Source of the DNA: Octopus vulgaris | Lineage: Eukaryota | Direction: 5' to 3' | DNA length: 64,000 nt | Assembly: GCA_951406725.2 (NCBI GenBank) | Contig: OX597837.1 | Coordinates: 13,516,001-13,580,000 of the forward strand | Part shown: one piece after another, positions 25,988 to 39,600 of the stretch | How positions within the stretch are numbered: the first letter of the stretch is position 1 | Layout of the letters: every line of letters begins with the position of its first letter | Made by a program: the position numbers and the translations under genes | Notes under the pieces: model-generated | The model's input: only the letters and a program-made list of their open reading frames with translations | What the model was told of the DNA's origin: nothing | Database searches by the model: none

Positions 25988-28900
25988 TATGTATATACAC
26001 GTTTTGTAATTTTAATTAGTCTGACCTTAAATGCATCTATTGCTCACAAGTAACGGTATAACTTAGTGATAACATAGTATTTTTTAGTGTTATCTTTTGA
26101 CAACAGCAGGTCTTATTGTTAATATAAATTGTTTAAATGTTTGAGGTATTGTATCGAGGTTTTTTAACAACTGTTTTTTTTTTCTCTCTCTTCCATGCCT
26201 AGTTGACCTGCATGTATTTTGTCTTTTAATGTCTGACATGCACTATAAACTAGATATTTGAAAATAAATTTGTTCCTCTGAAAAACGTTACATGTGTACA
26301 TATATATGTGTGTGTACATACATATATAAATGCATATATACATTCATGCATGTATATATTTATATATATACATGTGTGTTTATATATATATAAATATCAT
26401 GTAATTTTCTTTTGTCTGCATGTATTTATATTTTAAGATGTATTAATTTGTATTTCTCTGATGTTCCTCTTAACCCACAATTACAGTATTTTTTCCCCCT
26501 TTTTTTTTCGTACTTTAATCTGCATCAGTTAAATCTGCTGTATTCTGTTTAAAATTTTGGATATTTTACAGTAATTTTAATTTTGAGAGTTTAGAAACTG
26601 CTTCTGTAATTTGCCTTATACAGGAAGTGCTTAAAGCATTAAATTGGATGAAATTAATTATCACTGATTGAAAGACATTGTCACTGGTTTCTATGAGTTT
26701 TACTGAAATTGAGGTTTACTTCTCTCAATTAGTTTCTTCTATTTTATTCAACTTTTTTTCACATTTGTTTTCGTTATCAACAGGCCTTCTCTGATTACCA
26801 ACTACAGATGACATCTAATTTCATTGATACATTTGGCTTCAATGAACATGATTTTGCTGACCAAGATGGCAAAATTGAGTGAGTGTTCATTTTCCACCTT
26901 CCGTCTACTCATGTTATGCCTTGATATTTCTTTTTCTGTTTTATTTGATGGAATAGAAAATACTTTTTCACCAAAAAAATTTCTTCAAAAAAAAATCATC
27001 CCTGTTTATATATGCAAAGTTGGGCTCATATTACATACTTCAGTTCTCTAAAACTTTTCCCTGAATATGCACTGCAGCAGTTGATGTGCATCCAATGTGT
27101 CCATGTGTGTTTTATTCCCTGAGATACAGTTGCATTAATTCTACCGAGCATCAAGATAGATTGAAAGCCATCTATCCACTGAGAGCACTCACAACTGAGT
27201 CAGAAGCCATGCATCCAGTTGATGTAATAACAACTTTTATTACATCAGTGTGCAGAATATAATCGTAGCTGCGATCGTCTTTTAGTTGTGAATAAATTGT
27301 AGCATCAATTCACTGTTTGCTTCTTTCCTTGTTTCCTGCAGCACCACATTTAATGAGAAGATCTCAAGCATTGACTTCAATATAAGGGCTGATGAAGATA
27401 GTGTAAGTATAGACCTCTCTCTCTCTCTCTCTCTCATCAATTATCCCATGATTCTTTGCAATCCAACCCAAAGCACATCCAGACACAACATCCTCCCGTC
27501 ATTTCATTCCATAGATAGAATTGAGGTGGTTCTGAAATGTTACTGGACCAATGGTTTCTCTGTTCCAGAACTGAGCATCCAAGACTAACAAGAAAAGATG
27601 AAAAGTTCTTAAAAAGATCCAACTCAGACATAGTCATGTCTGTCACATAACACAGAAATACAAGATGTTTTCAATCTATTCAGATATACAGCGTGGTTGA
27701 TGCCAGTACCACCAGACTGGCCCATGTGACGGTGGCATGTAAAAAGCACCCACTACACTCTGAGTGGTTGGCATTAGGAAGGGCATCCAACTGTAAAAAC
27801 TTTACCAGATCAGATTGGAGCCTGTTGCAACCTTCTGGCTCACCAGCCCTCAGTCAAACTGTCCAGCCCATGCCAGCATGGAAAGCGGATGCTAAACGAT
27901 GATGATGCATTATCTTGTAGCGGTGAGATTTCAATGATGTGATTGTTTATATTTAGAATGACATTGTAGAATAGATGTGTGAGACCAAATCTGGTCAGTT
28001 TCACCATAAAACAAGTAAAATATTTGGGCCGGATATGGCCAGTTTAATTGCTAAAGGGTTAAATCTTCAAATGCGACAATGTTTACAAATGTTAGGCTTT
28101 ACAACCCTGGGTCTGTCATAACAACAACATTCTCAACCTGGTCAAGATGTGATCTAAAAAGATAAGTTCTCTCTTCAGAGCCACTAAATTATTCAGTTGT
28201 CATGTACCACTCACACAGTCAAGTTAAATCTTCTACCATCTTCTTTGTTCCCCAAATCCACATTAATCCCATGATTAGTGTACTCTGAAATTAATGTGCA
28301 TTTCATTTGACCTTATTTTATGCACCAACCTCACCACCACTTCCACAACCCCATAAAAATTGCTAAATAATCATTTCTCTGTAGAACACATCCCTGTCCT
28401 CCTAGAACTCCCTTATTCTCCATTCTAGGAGATACCATGGTAACTAGGTGGTCTATTCAAGTAAGATCTTCATTGAAAGAGTCTAATTGTGTTATTATTT
28501 CAGCTAAATGCTGTCCAGACATTTTGACACAGTTATATTGACTAAACACTTGTGCTGAGTGTCTTAGCGAAGAAGGAAAAAAAGTCACATGTATTATCTT
28601 GCTGCAACTGCACTTTCTATTGTTTGTAGGCCCCTAATGCCACCATGTTTGAACAAGCCTGTAATGAACGAATCCAGCAGTTTGATGACAATGATAGCGA
28701 TGAAGAAATATGGGAGAAAAAGGAAGTTATTCTCTTTGAAAATTCACCTGTCCGGCCAACTGGGTAAGCAGCCAGGTTACCTCCTAATGTCTCCTGGGCA
28801 TGTCAGCCTCCCTCTCTCTCTCTCTTCTCTAATAATCTATACTTTTCCTTATTGGAATAGAGAAATGTCTTGTAGTTGTGAAACCCTGCTCAGCCCTGTT

Positions 28901-31900
28901 CTCAGTTTGTTTCGTTTTCTCACTCTGGTTGTAGAATGTCAACTGACAGTCTCGGTTCTGATGATCAGGAGGAGGAAGAGGACAACACCGACAGTGATGA
29001 AGAATTAGACTCTCCAAAGTGCATTCTACAACAGCCTCAAGAGAAGATGGATGTAGATGTAGAAGGTCAGTTGTCTTTGATCCTTATTCTAGGCTATGTA
29101 TCAACCAGAGAAAGCTGCTAATGCTCAGCCCCTCTTCAAATGTTCAGTATGCTGGTTGATGAGATTTCAAATTGTTTCCATCAGCCTGGTTCTATGTTGA
29201 TCTTTTATTTCTTGTTTCCATCATTGGACTGCAGCCGTGCTAACCCTAACCACGTTGATGGCTTTAACCCTTTCGTTACCAACCCAGCTGAAACCACCTC
29301 TGGCTCTGTAGTACAAATGTCTCGTTTTCATAAGTTCTGAACTAAAATCTTCCACCAACCTTAGTGACAATTTACATTTCTAACACTAGCTGAATGGTAA
29401 CTAAGTTGTTTTACTAAATTCTTTGTTATATTTAAAATAATTATGAGAAAAACAGAGAATCCCAAAATAAATACAGTAATGAAAGGGTTAAGTTGAATAA
29501 ATTGACCCCAGCACTTATTTCTTAAGTCTGGTGGTACTTGTTCTCTTGGTCTCTGTTACTGAATTGCAAAGTATTTCTGACTATTTTACATCAATAATTC
29601 TCCACCAATTTCTTTGGTGTTGCATTTGATTATTAACAAATTTAATTTACAAAAAAGGTTCTGTCTTTGGAGTAAAATTGTTATAATTTTACTTTCTTCT
29701 CTTACAGCAATGGAAACGTCCCCTTGGGATGCAGCACTTGTGCCAAGTGAGACTCCTGATCAAAAGTGGGCTAACTTTGATCTGAAAATGTCAGAAAATA
29801 ACTGGGCTGACTTTTCTAGTTTTAATTCCTCTTTAGAGCGGTAAGGACAAATGTGTTGCCTTGTTTGACTATGTTGCCGTAATACTTTGAACGAATGTTC
29901 TTAAAATCTTCATCACTTTTTCTTTCAAACTACTCTTCCTTGTTGAATGGGGGCAGCTTGTTTTGTTACTTAAGCTTTTCCTAACACCAACTGTTTTACA
30001 ATGTGTAAGAGACCCCCTTTGGTCATGAATGACTATGGGATTGCACCTAGAAAGTTACCCTCTGAGGCACAAGTCCAGGCAAGGTTGTTTATGAAAGACC
30101 AGCAGTCACCCATGCACACCAAATTCCCCTCTCCATGCCACCAATGTTATCCAAGGGAATGGCAAAGGGGCCGATAGAGCTTGACACCAGTGATTTGAGT
30201 CACCCGAAGACAAGTCACCGTTATTTTCTTTTCTTCTTTTACACTTTCTAAGTCTTCGAGTATAAATCCTCCCAAATCAGAATCACTGAAGCTTCATGGG
30301 TAAATACAAAAGTATCAATCTGCAGTTCATGTGTTGTTGAAAATTTCACAGTATTTACATTTAGAATCCAAATGTAGGAACATTGAGAAATATATAAGTC
30401 TTTATTAACGACATAAGTCCAACTGGGGTGGCCATATATCACCTCTATTGCAAGACACGTGTTTATGTCCATCCAGCATAAAGCCACCTCCTTCAGTACA
30501 CTCAGCTGATGGGTCTTGACTTCCAAGCTGCTTGGTGACCCCACTAATGCTGGTGCTGTGTAAGAAAGCACCTGGCATGCTCTGTAAGGTGTCTGGTATT
30601 GAGATGGGTATTCGGCTGTTGAAACCATGCCCCAGCAAACATTGGAACGAAATACAGTCCTCTGGCACATTGGTTCCTATCAGAGCATCCAACCCATGCC
30701 AGCATGGAAAATGAACATTAAACAATAATGACGATGATGATATCTTTAATAAAGACTTACGGCTTCTTAATATTTTTCAACATTTGTTCTTCCTGCATCT
30801 ACTCAGAAGGCATCAGACAACTCAGAGAAGACAATTGCCCAATGTGCCATGCAGTGGGGATTGAACCCAAAGTGATGTGGTTGCAGAGTGAACTTCTTAA
30901 CCCCACAGCCATGTTTAAACCTGATGTATTGACCAATTCCTGTCATCCAATAATGTAATTCTTTTTTTTTTCCAGAATTCCTCGGAGTAGCTCTCCTATA
31001 GCTATGGATACTGGTGACACTGTGTCTAGTTCAGGCTGTGAAGATAAGAGTACGTATCCATTTATATAATTGGAATAATTATTACCTCTGCCTTAACGAA
31101 AGCGGAGGTATTCTTTTCAGTAGTGTTTGTTTGTCTGTTCGTCCGTGAACAAGATATCTCCAGAACGGTTTAACTGAAAACTGGTTATCCAGGGACCTGC
31201 ACCAGTTTCTGATCTGATTTGGCAAGGTTTCTACAGCTGGACACCCTTCCTAACGCCAACCACTCCAAGAGTGTAGTGGGTGCTTTTTACGTGCCACCAG
31301 CACAGGTGACATTGACCTGACACTAGCATTGGCCGCAACTACAGTCTTACTTGACTCGACAGGTCAACACAAGGACAGTATATCACCCATGGTTTTGGCC
31401 ACCTGTCACTGCCTCTCCACAAAGGCCCAACACTCGAACGATGCTTTTTATGTGCTACCATTATTATTTACTCCAGAAAATTAGATTTGAATTTATTTAA
31501 TTGTTCTTCTATTTCATTGTTGTATATTTGTCTGTCTGTTTTATAGTTTTATAACTCTGGTGACTGTTCGTTTGTTATGCTGTAAACCTGCCTGGTTGTC
31601 TTCCAGTCATGTGTGACCCCAGTAGCCGTCTTACTTGTATATCTATAAACTCTACATGTTGTGTGTGTGCAAGAGAGAGAGATAGACCATTATCATGATG
31701 TTCCAAAACTCTGTGTTTCAGATTCTCCAAGAAGTCCTCAAACCAGAACAGTTGAAACTGCTGCAAAAGATGAAAATGGGAAAAGTTCTAAAGAAGATGC
31801 ACTTTGGAGGTACAACTTTGATGAACACATCCTTCTATTTCTTTTTTTCATTTTTTTTTATTACTTTTTCCAGTCATTGGATTGCGGCCATGCTGGGGCA

Positions 31901-33591
31901 TCACCTTGAAGGAAATCAGTCAAACAGACCCCATCTCTGTACTTTAGTTTTACATCTGGTACTTATTCTGTTGGGCCTTTTTTTTGACAAACCGCTAATT
32001 TAGATGGATGTAAACAAACCAAAATTGGATGCCAAGCTGGAGGTGCGGTACAAACACAGACACACATCCATCCATCCATCAATCAATCATTGAACTTCCA
32101 TGTTCCATACTGGCATGGGTTGGATGGTTTGACAGGATCCAATGGGTCTAAGGACTGCATCATGCTCCAGGGTCTGCTCCGGCAGGGTTTCTACAGCTGG
32201 ATCCCCTTCCTAATGCCAACCACTTTACAGCATATACTGAGCACCTTTTGTGTCCCCAGCACTAGTGAAGCCATCATGCAGTTTGAAAGAGTACACCATC
32301 ACCCCTTAGATGGGGCTGGGGCAAATTTGTGCTTGGAGATGACGGGCAAAAATATGAGAGAAAGGACCAGGGCATAACAGGTGTCTTGCTGTTGAGGAAG
32401 TGCGTGACTACCTTCACACACATGACAGGCTTTCACTGTTTCTCTCAACCGAATTCAGTGACACAGCCCCACGGCTATAGTGGTGGATATGTACCTTAAG
32501 TGCCTTACTTTGGACTAAACCCAAAACCACATGGTTGCAAAGAAAGCTTCTTAATCACCCTCCATTTCTTTTATCCTTGACATTTTGTCATAAATGGATT
32601 GAATGAGAAAATCTTTACCCAGATATTTTGAAATATAGACCCTTCAGTCAAGGAGAGCTTGTTTAGTGCCAGATGCCTCGATAAAATTCAATCTATGCAT
32701 TCACTGGTTTATGGGGAAGCTGGGGGCAGCTTGTTTTGTTACTTAAGCTTTTCCTAACACCAACTGTTTTGCAATGTATAAGAGACCCCCTTTGGTCGTG
32801 AATGACTATGGGATTGCACTTAGGAAGTTCCTCTCCAAGGCACAAGTCCGGGCAAGGTTGTTTATGGAAGACCAGCAGTCACCCATGCATACCAACCTCC
32901 CTTCTTCATGCAACTGATGTTATCCAAGGGAATGGCAAAGGGGCCGATAGAGCTTGACACCAGTAATGTCGCAACTCATTTTTACAGTTGAGTGAACTGG
33001 AACAATGTGAAATAAATTGTTTTGATCAATAACAACACACAGCCCAGTCCGGGAATCGAACTCACTACCTCATGATTGTGAGCCCAATGCTCTGACCACT
33101 GATCTATGTACTGGGTGTTTTTTTTTTAGGGTAGTTTCTGGTGATGTTGGCTGTAGTGTTCTAGTACTGGTAATTTCATATTTGTATTTTAAAATGTTTG
33201 GTTTTTTTTTTTTGTCTTTTTTTTTAACAGTGGTGATACCAAAAAAAATGTTACCAATAAAGAATGGTCTAAAGATGACAGCAGTCAATCTGATAGCAAC
33301 CAGTCAGCTAACTCAGACCAAACTGCTTCAAGTGACGACGCTGAGGCAGAAAAAGTAGTAAACTGTTCACAAGAAAGGTATAGTCATCTCCAGTTTGTTA
33401 GGATAATGAGTAATGATGAGCTTCTGAAAGTACAAATTGTGACTCCCTTCACTTCCCTCACCCCATGTTCTGTGACGTTGTATATTAGCACCTGAACCAT
33501 TCTCTGCACTATTTAGACTGGTGTTGTTTTACATTTTAGACCTTGAGATCCAAGTCTAGAACATTACAGAACAAATTTTAAACCACCACAA

Positions 33592-33623
<32 letters not shown>

Positions 33624-36600
33624 TATGTACCTATGTATGTACACTAGAGGTGGTGGAATAGCAAAGAGACCCTGTACCCAACACCAAATCATATCCAACT
33701 CTAAGAAAATGAATTGCTCTGTGATAAGTCTTCTCACAATAATTATATGTATCCTCGTTTATCATCGTTAACATCCCCTTTGCTTGCTTGCAAGGGTCAA
33801 ACAATTTATTGAGGCAGATTTTCTATGACTGAATGAATACCCTCCCTGTTTCCAAGCAAGATAATCTTTCCCCAGGGCCAGACATGTTTTCCACGGAAGA
33901 CTGGAAACTAACTACACTGCCTGTATGACAGGGATGCTCGTTTACAACCATTACACGATGTCAAGACAAAGGTACACCCACATGTATATGTGCACACATA
34001 CATACATGACCGGTTTCTCTCGGCTTTCATTTACTTCATTCACTCACAAGGCTTTGGTTGGCCTTGGGCTTTAGTAGAAGATACTTGAGCCCAAGGTACC
34101 ACACACTGGACTGTACGTGACTGAGACCACATGGTTGATAAGCAAGTTTCCTAACCACACAGCCACTTCTCTACTATCCCTGATTATATAGTGTGGCTGT
34201 TTCAGATTTGCCAAATCTTCATTCCCTCCTTTTTTTGTTAAAGGCCTACTCCAGAATATCTTTTTCTCTTTATTATTAGTTTTATTATTCATTAACCAGT
34301 CATGGATGTGTGGTTACAAAGTTCACTTTTTAACTGCAATGTTATGAGGAAGCCATTAGTATAAAGAGGGGAAGATGTTGGAGAAATTTTGGAGCCTTGT
34401 GGAGTTTATACTGTGGATCGGCAGCCTCGATGAACCGGTTTTGTTAAGAAATTTTTGACATAAGAGTTGGACAACAGCCGGAGCTAATAACCAGAGAGGT
34501 GGGGGTGAGTGGGGAGTGATACAGCAGCCTCTGTTAAGAAGTCTTTCTCCTTTATCTCACCTGTGTAGCACAGGTGAGATTGTTGACAAAAACAACAGAG
34601 CAAGAATCTGTGTTTACCACAAGACAGGTTGAGTGATTCTTCCAAGAGCGATTCTAAATGGTCAGAGGATTATTTTAAACTGGCAAATAAGGATTAAAAC
34701 GTCCCTTTTTTTTTTTAAGGGTACGTTATATTTTTGTAGCAGCACTAGTCGTCATCTGACAGGACTCAGTCCGCTGTATATTGCCCTTGTTGTTTTTCAA
34801 TTTTCAACAGTTTTCTGTTTCTTTCATTAATTATTCTTCCTCTTATCCCCTAAGGCTATCCATCTGACCAACATAGCCACTCAACACAATTTCAAATATT
34901 TTAAAAATAGATATATGTTTTTGTCACTTTTCCTTCTACATTTTATCATTATTTTCCTTAATGAAGTAACTCCATCTAAGTGTCTGTTTGTCTTTAAGTC
35001 AAACCATAATTTCTGTGCAAATAATCTCCCTGTAATCACTTACTGATGGAAAGCTAGTGGCGTTCGTTAGCATTTTGTAGTAATCTATTGATGGATTTGG
35101 AGGTTTCATATTTCAAAATCATTATGACAATCACCTCATTAGTTAATTACAAACATAAAGCCCAACATTCTGTGTCTCAGGAAATCTTTTGCTCATGATT
35201 GCAGTATTTCTTTCTTTCTTTTTCTTTTTTTTTTTCTTCTCTTCACTCAGCATTGAGTCAAGATAGCTTTTCTTTTTCTCTCCTTCCGAATAAAGGTTAC
35301 ATTTTGAAACTGATGAAGAGCTTTATCAGAATTTTAAGTGAGTTTTCCTCTTTGAAAGCTTCCGCTGACTGCACCGTTCTTTTAGGTGCAAACTGCTTCT
35401 CCTGCACTGCTTTCGGCTGGCACCATTCGACCGGTTACAATCCAGACAGGACAACCTGTCTGACTTGTTCATTTCTTTGTTTTCGCATTCTTTATTTGAA
35501 ATTCATATCAGATTTATACAAATATTATTTCCCCATGGATTTTAATGTCTTTTTAAAAATTGCTTTTCAACATGAGTCTAGTTCCTCTTCTATGACAATC
35601 TACACAAGTTTTTAGCTTCAAAGATGTAGCTTTTATATACTAATATGCTCTGTTGTAATGAATTTAGTTGTTCATTCTCAGACTTAATTGTAATCTTTTG
35701 GAGTGATTTCTTCCCTGACGTGTGGTTCCCTCTTGACTAACGAGTTACACCTGATACAACTGTTTCCTCTTCAGTTGTATCCCGCTCTGCCATTGGTAAT
35801 TCACTGCTAATATTTTGGGTTTGTGGTGGGGTGAGCAGAAACTGTAACACAGTTTTAATCCCCGATTTCTTTGTTTTGATAATGTTTTTGAGAAATTCTT
35901 CAATATTGCATTTTTACTTACATCTCCCAAAATACAGAGCCTTTTTGTGCCTACTCAATTTGGTTTCAAGAAGAAAAGAAAAGAGAAAAAAAAACATTGA
36001 GGTTGATCTGACTGTAGTCAGTAAGTGAAAAGTGTTCTAAAACGCCTCTAATAGCTTAGGATTTGTGACATGATGATTTTAAATTTGAAAAAAACCCCAA
36101 AAAAACGAACACATGATATTCATCATCATCGTTTAACATCCGTTTTCCATGCTAGCACGGGTTGGACGGTTCGACCGGGGTCTGGGAAGCCAGGGGCTGC
36201 ACCAGGCTCCAGTCTGATCTGGCAATGTTTCTACAGCTGGATGTCCTTCCTAACGCTAACCACTCCGCGAGTGTAGTGGGTGCTTTTTACGTGACACCGG
36301 CACCTGTGCCAGGGGTGTCTGGCATTGGCCACGATCGGTTGGTGCTTTTGACATGCCACCGACACGGAAGCCAGTCAAGGCGGCACTGGCATCGGCCACG
36401 TTCGGATGGTGCTTTTTATGTGCCACCGGCATGGAAGCCAGTGGGGGCGGCGCTGGCATCGGCCACGTTTGGATGGTGCTTTTTATGTGCCACCGGCACA
36501 GAAGCCAGTCGAGGCGGCACTGGCATCGGCCACGTTCGGATGGTGCTTTTTATGTGCCACCGGCACAGAAGCCAGTCGAGGCGGCGCTGGCATCGGCCAC

Positions 36601-39600
36601 GTTTGGATGGTGCTTTTTATGTGCCACCAGCACAGAAGCCAGTCGAGGCGGCGCTGGCATTGGCCACGTTCGGATGGTGCCTTTTATGTGCCACCGGCAC
36701 GGAAGCCAGTCGGGGCGGCGCTGGCATCGGCCACGTTCGGATGGTGCTTTTTATGTGCCACCAGCACAGGTATCACAACTACTATTTCCATTGATATTTA
36801 TTTCGATGTTCATGTACTTGACTCAACAGGTCTCCTCAAGCACAGCGGGATGTTCTGGAATCCAAGGTACTTTGAATGGGCAGGGGCTTTGCGGGACTGG
36901 GACATTGATAAGGAATATTAAAAACTTTCAAAAAAAAAAACTTTTTAAAATGAATGTGCTGCTTTGTGCATGTCAGTGTGCTTTTGGTGTACAAATGTGC
37001 AGGTGAATGCATGTGGCAATATATTTTAATGTTTTCCAATTTCAATGCGCAAACCTCTTCATCCTGTGCAAGTCTTTTTGTTTCTAATAATTAAAAATTG
37101 TTCTCTCTGTATTCATCTGCAATGATAAACAACTGCTCCAAAGGTCACTCTCTCTCCATTAATCATTGGCCTTTGGCATAGACACCCGTAGCTTTCCATT
37201 CCTTTATTTTCGGTAAGATTGCTTTTTTGCCTTGTTGTTACCAATTGCACACCTTCCTGCATCTTTGTACTCGTCCAGAGTCTGTATCAAATACGCATGA
37301 CAAAGGCTGCTGCCGTTTCTTTTTCTTTCCACAACTTAAAACGGTTGTCTTCTTGTACTTTGATCTAGATATATATTTTACATTTGCTTTATACATTTAT
37401 ATATTTCTTTATTGCCCACAAGGGGCCAAACACAGAGGGGACAAACAAGGACAGACAAAGGGATTAGGTCGATTACATCGACCCAAGTGCGAAACTGGTA
37501 CTTTATTTAGCGACCCCGAAAGGATGAAAGGCAAAGTCGACTTCAGCGGAATTTGAACTCAGAACGTAACGGCAGACGAAATACCTATTTCTTTATTGCC
37601 CACAAGGGGCCAAACACAGAGGGGACAAACAAGGACAGACAAAGGGATTAAGTCGATTACATTGACCCAAGTGAGAAACTGGTACTTTATTTATTGACCC
37701 CGAAAGGATGAAAGGCAAAGTCGACTTCAGCGGGATTTGAACTCAGAACGTAACGACAGACGAAATACCGCTAAGCATTTATAATTGAACCTTAAAGGCT
37801 ATCACTACACTTCTCTCTTGGTGTAGATATTGACTGCTTTTTGTATTTTCAGTCATCCTCATCATTTAACATCCTTTTTGTCTCCCCCTCATGATGCTGG
37901 CATGGGTTTCACAGTTTGACAGGAACCGACAAGCCAGGGAGCTGTGCTGAGCACCACTGTCTGTTTGATAGAGCTTTTCAGAATGACCCCGCAGCCAATG
38001 CTCTGGAGCAGGAGTGAAGAACAGCTCTTTCGAGAGGTTACACTTTCCGCTTCTGATGTTGTGAACTAGAATGAGATCACCACGGCGGCGGCGTTTTTCT
38101 AGAGAATAAAGGTCGAGCGTCTTCAGCCTTTCTTCATAAGACAAATGCTTGAGACCAAGAACCACGCGGGTAGCCAGCTTCTGGACTCTTTCGAGATGCT
38201 GTATGCATTAATGAGGTCACCAAGTACTCATGAGTATTAAGTTTAAATAATTAAAGTTTTGCTTAATTTCCAATCTTACCTCAGACAATGAAATAGCGAG
38301 AGGTTGACAAAACGAGTTTTCGTACTTAGCTGGAAAAAAAAAAAGCTGGGGTTGAGTTTGGGAAAAGCTGGCATCCTCACCCCATGAAACAAATATAGGG
38401 GGGATTGTTCTGTATATTGATGCAACTGCAATAATAATTCAAAAGAGCAATTTAGAGACCTTGATTACAATTGATAAATAATATATCTAGCACCACTTTG
38501 CTTTTAAAGCAGTCTCAAAGAAAGCTTTGATTTTCTTCTTAATTCTTGTATGAAATTCAAACTTGAAATTTGAAGGATTTCCCATTTCAGCAAAATGTAA
38601 GAAAATGTGACATATTTCTGTAGTTTCGTTCATGACTTCTCTTTCTTCTTAAAATATCAATATTTATCAATGATTGTTAAAACCCTTTTTTTTTTTGTAA
38701 TTCTAACACATTTTTCAAATAAACCAGATGTAGCTATCAAAATTTTCCTGATAAAGTTAGTTTCTCTTTTGGCTTATTTTTCCTTTCTCTTTTGATCCTG
38801 CCTTGATTCTCTATTAATGGTTTGGAACCACTTCCAGCATTACCTAACAAACAAACAAACAAAAGCAACTAACATTGTTGTATCATTTTTTAAAAAAATG
38901 TTTTTCTATTCACGTGATCTTTGTATGTTTTTCTATTTCAGTTTTCTGAGTTCAGCTGGTCTTATTAAACCAAGTAATTTTGAAGAGGCTTCTTCCTCTT
39001 CTTCTTCTACCACCGTTGTTCCCAGTGTATCCACAACAGAAAGTTCATCCTGTGTGTCTACAACAGAATGTTCCAGTGTTGCTACATCAGAATGTTCTGG
39101 TGTTTCTACAACGGATTGTTCTAGTGTTGCTACAACAAGTGTTTCTACTGCCAGTAATGATAAAGACCCAGAAGGAGTTAGTGAAGATAAATCCAAGTCT
39201 AACGATGATTCTGTTGCCAAGTCCACCACTTCCAATTCAGATGGCAACAGTGAATCTTCCAAATCTAATTTGATAGAAAATGTCAGGTAATTAATTATAA
39301 GTTTGCATGGTGTCAGGAGAGTCCTCTTCATGAGGCATCTCCTCAACCACTCTCACCCACCCCCATATGTAATAGGGGTTAGCTATATATCTCCTCTCTA
39401 GCGACATGCCTGTGTTTTTCTTTTTCAACATCCAGCATCCATCTGTAGAAAATCTGCCTCAATGAATTCTGTTGCCTCACTAGCACTTGTGCTGGTGACA
39501 TGTGAAGCATTCAAGCGAGGTCATCGCCAGTACCACTGGACTGGCTCCTGTGCAGGTGGCACAGAAAAAGCACCATTTGGGCATGGCCGTTGCCAGTTCC

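Noticed and set aside
29241-29250. TAACCCTAAC telomere-like motif
   Set aside because: Under two units; expected by chance.
34855-34867. Pyrimidine tract + AAG acceptor giving RLSI*
   Set aside because: Weak acceptor, no donor and no other support.
36162-37006. Long overlapping ORFs (210, 217, 171 aa) and a CRISPR-like periodic array
   Set aside because: These arise from a 67-bp tandem repeat with no unique spacers and no cas genes, in a eukaryotic intron.
38933-39346. 137-aa minus-strand ORF
   Set aside because: Antisense shadow of the Ser/Thr-rich PPP6R3 exon.
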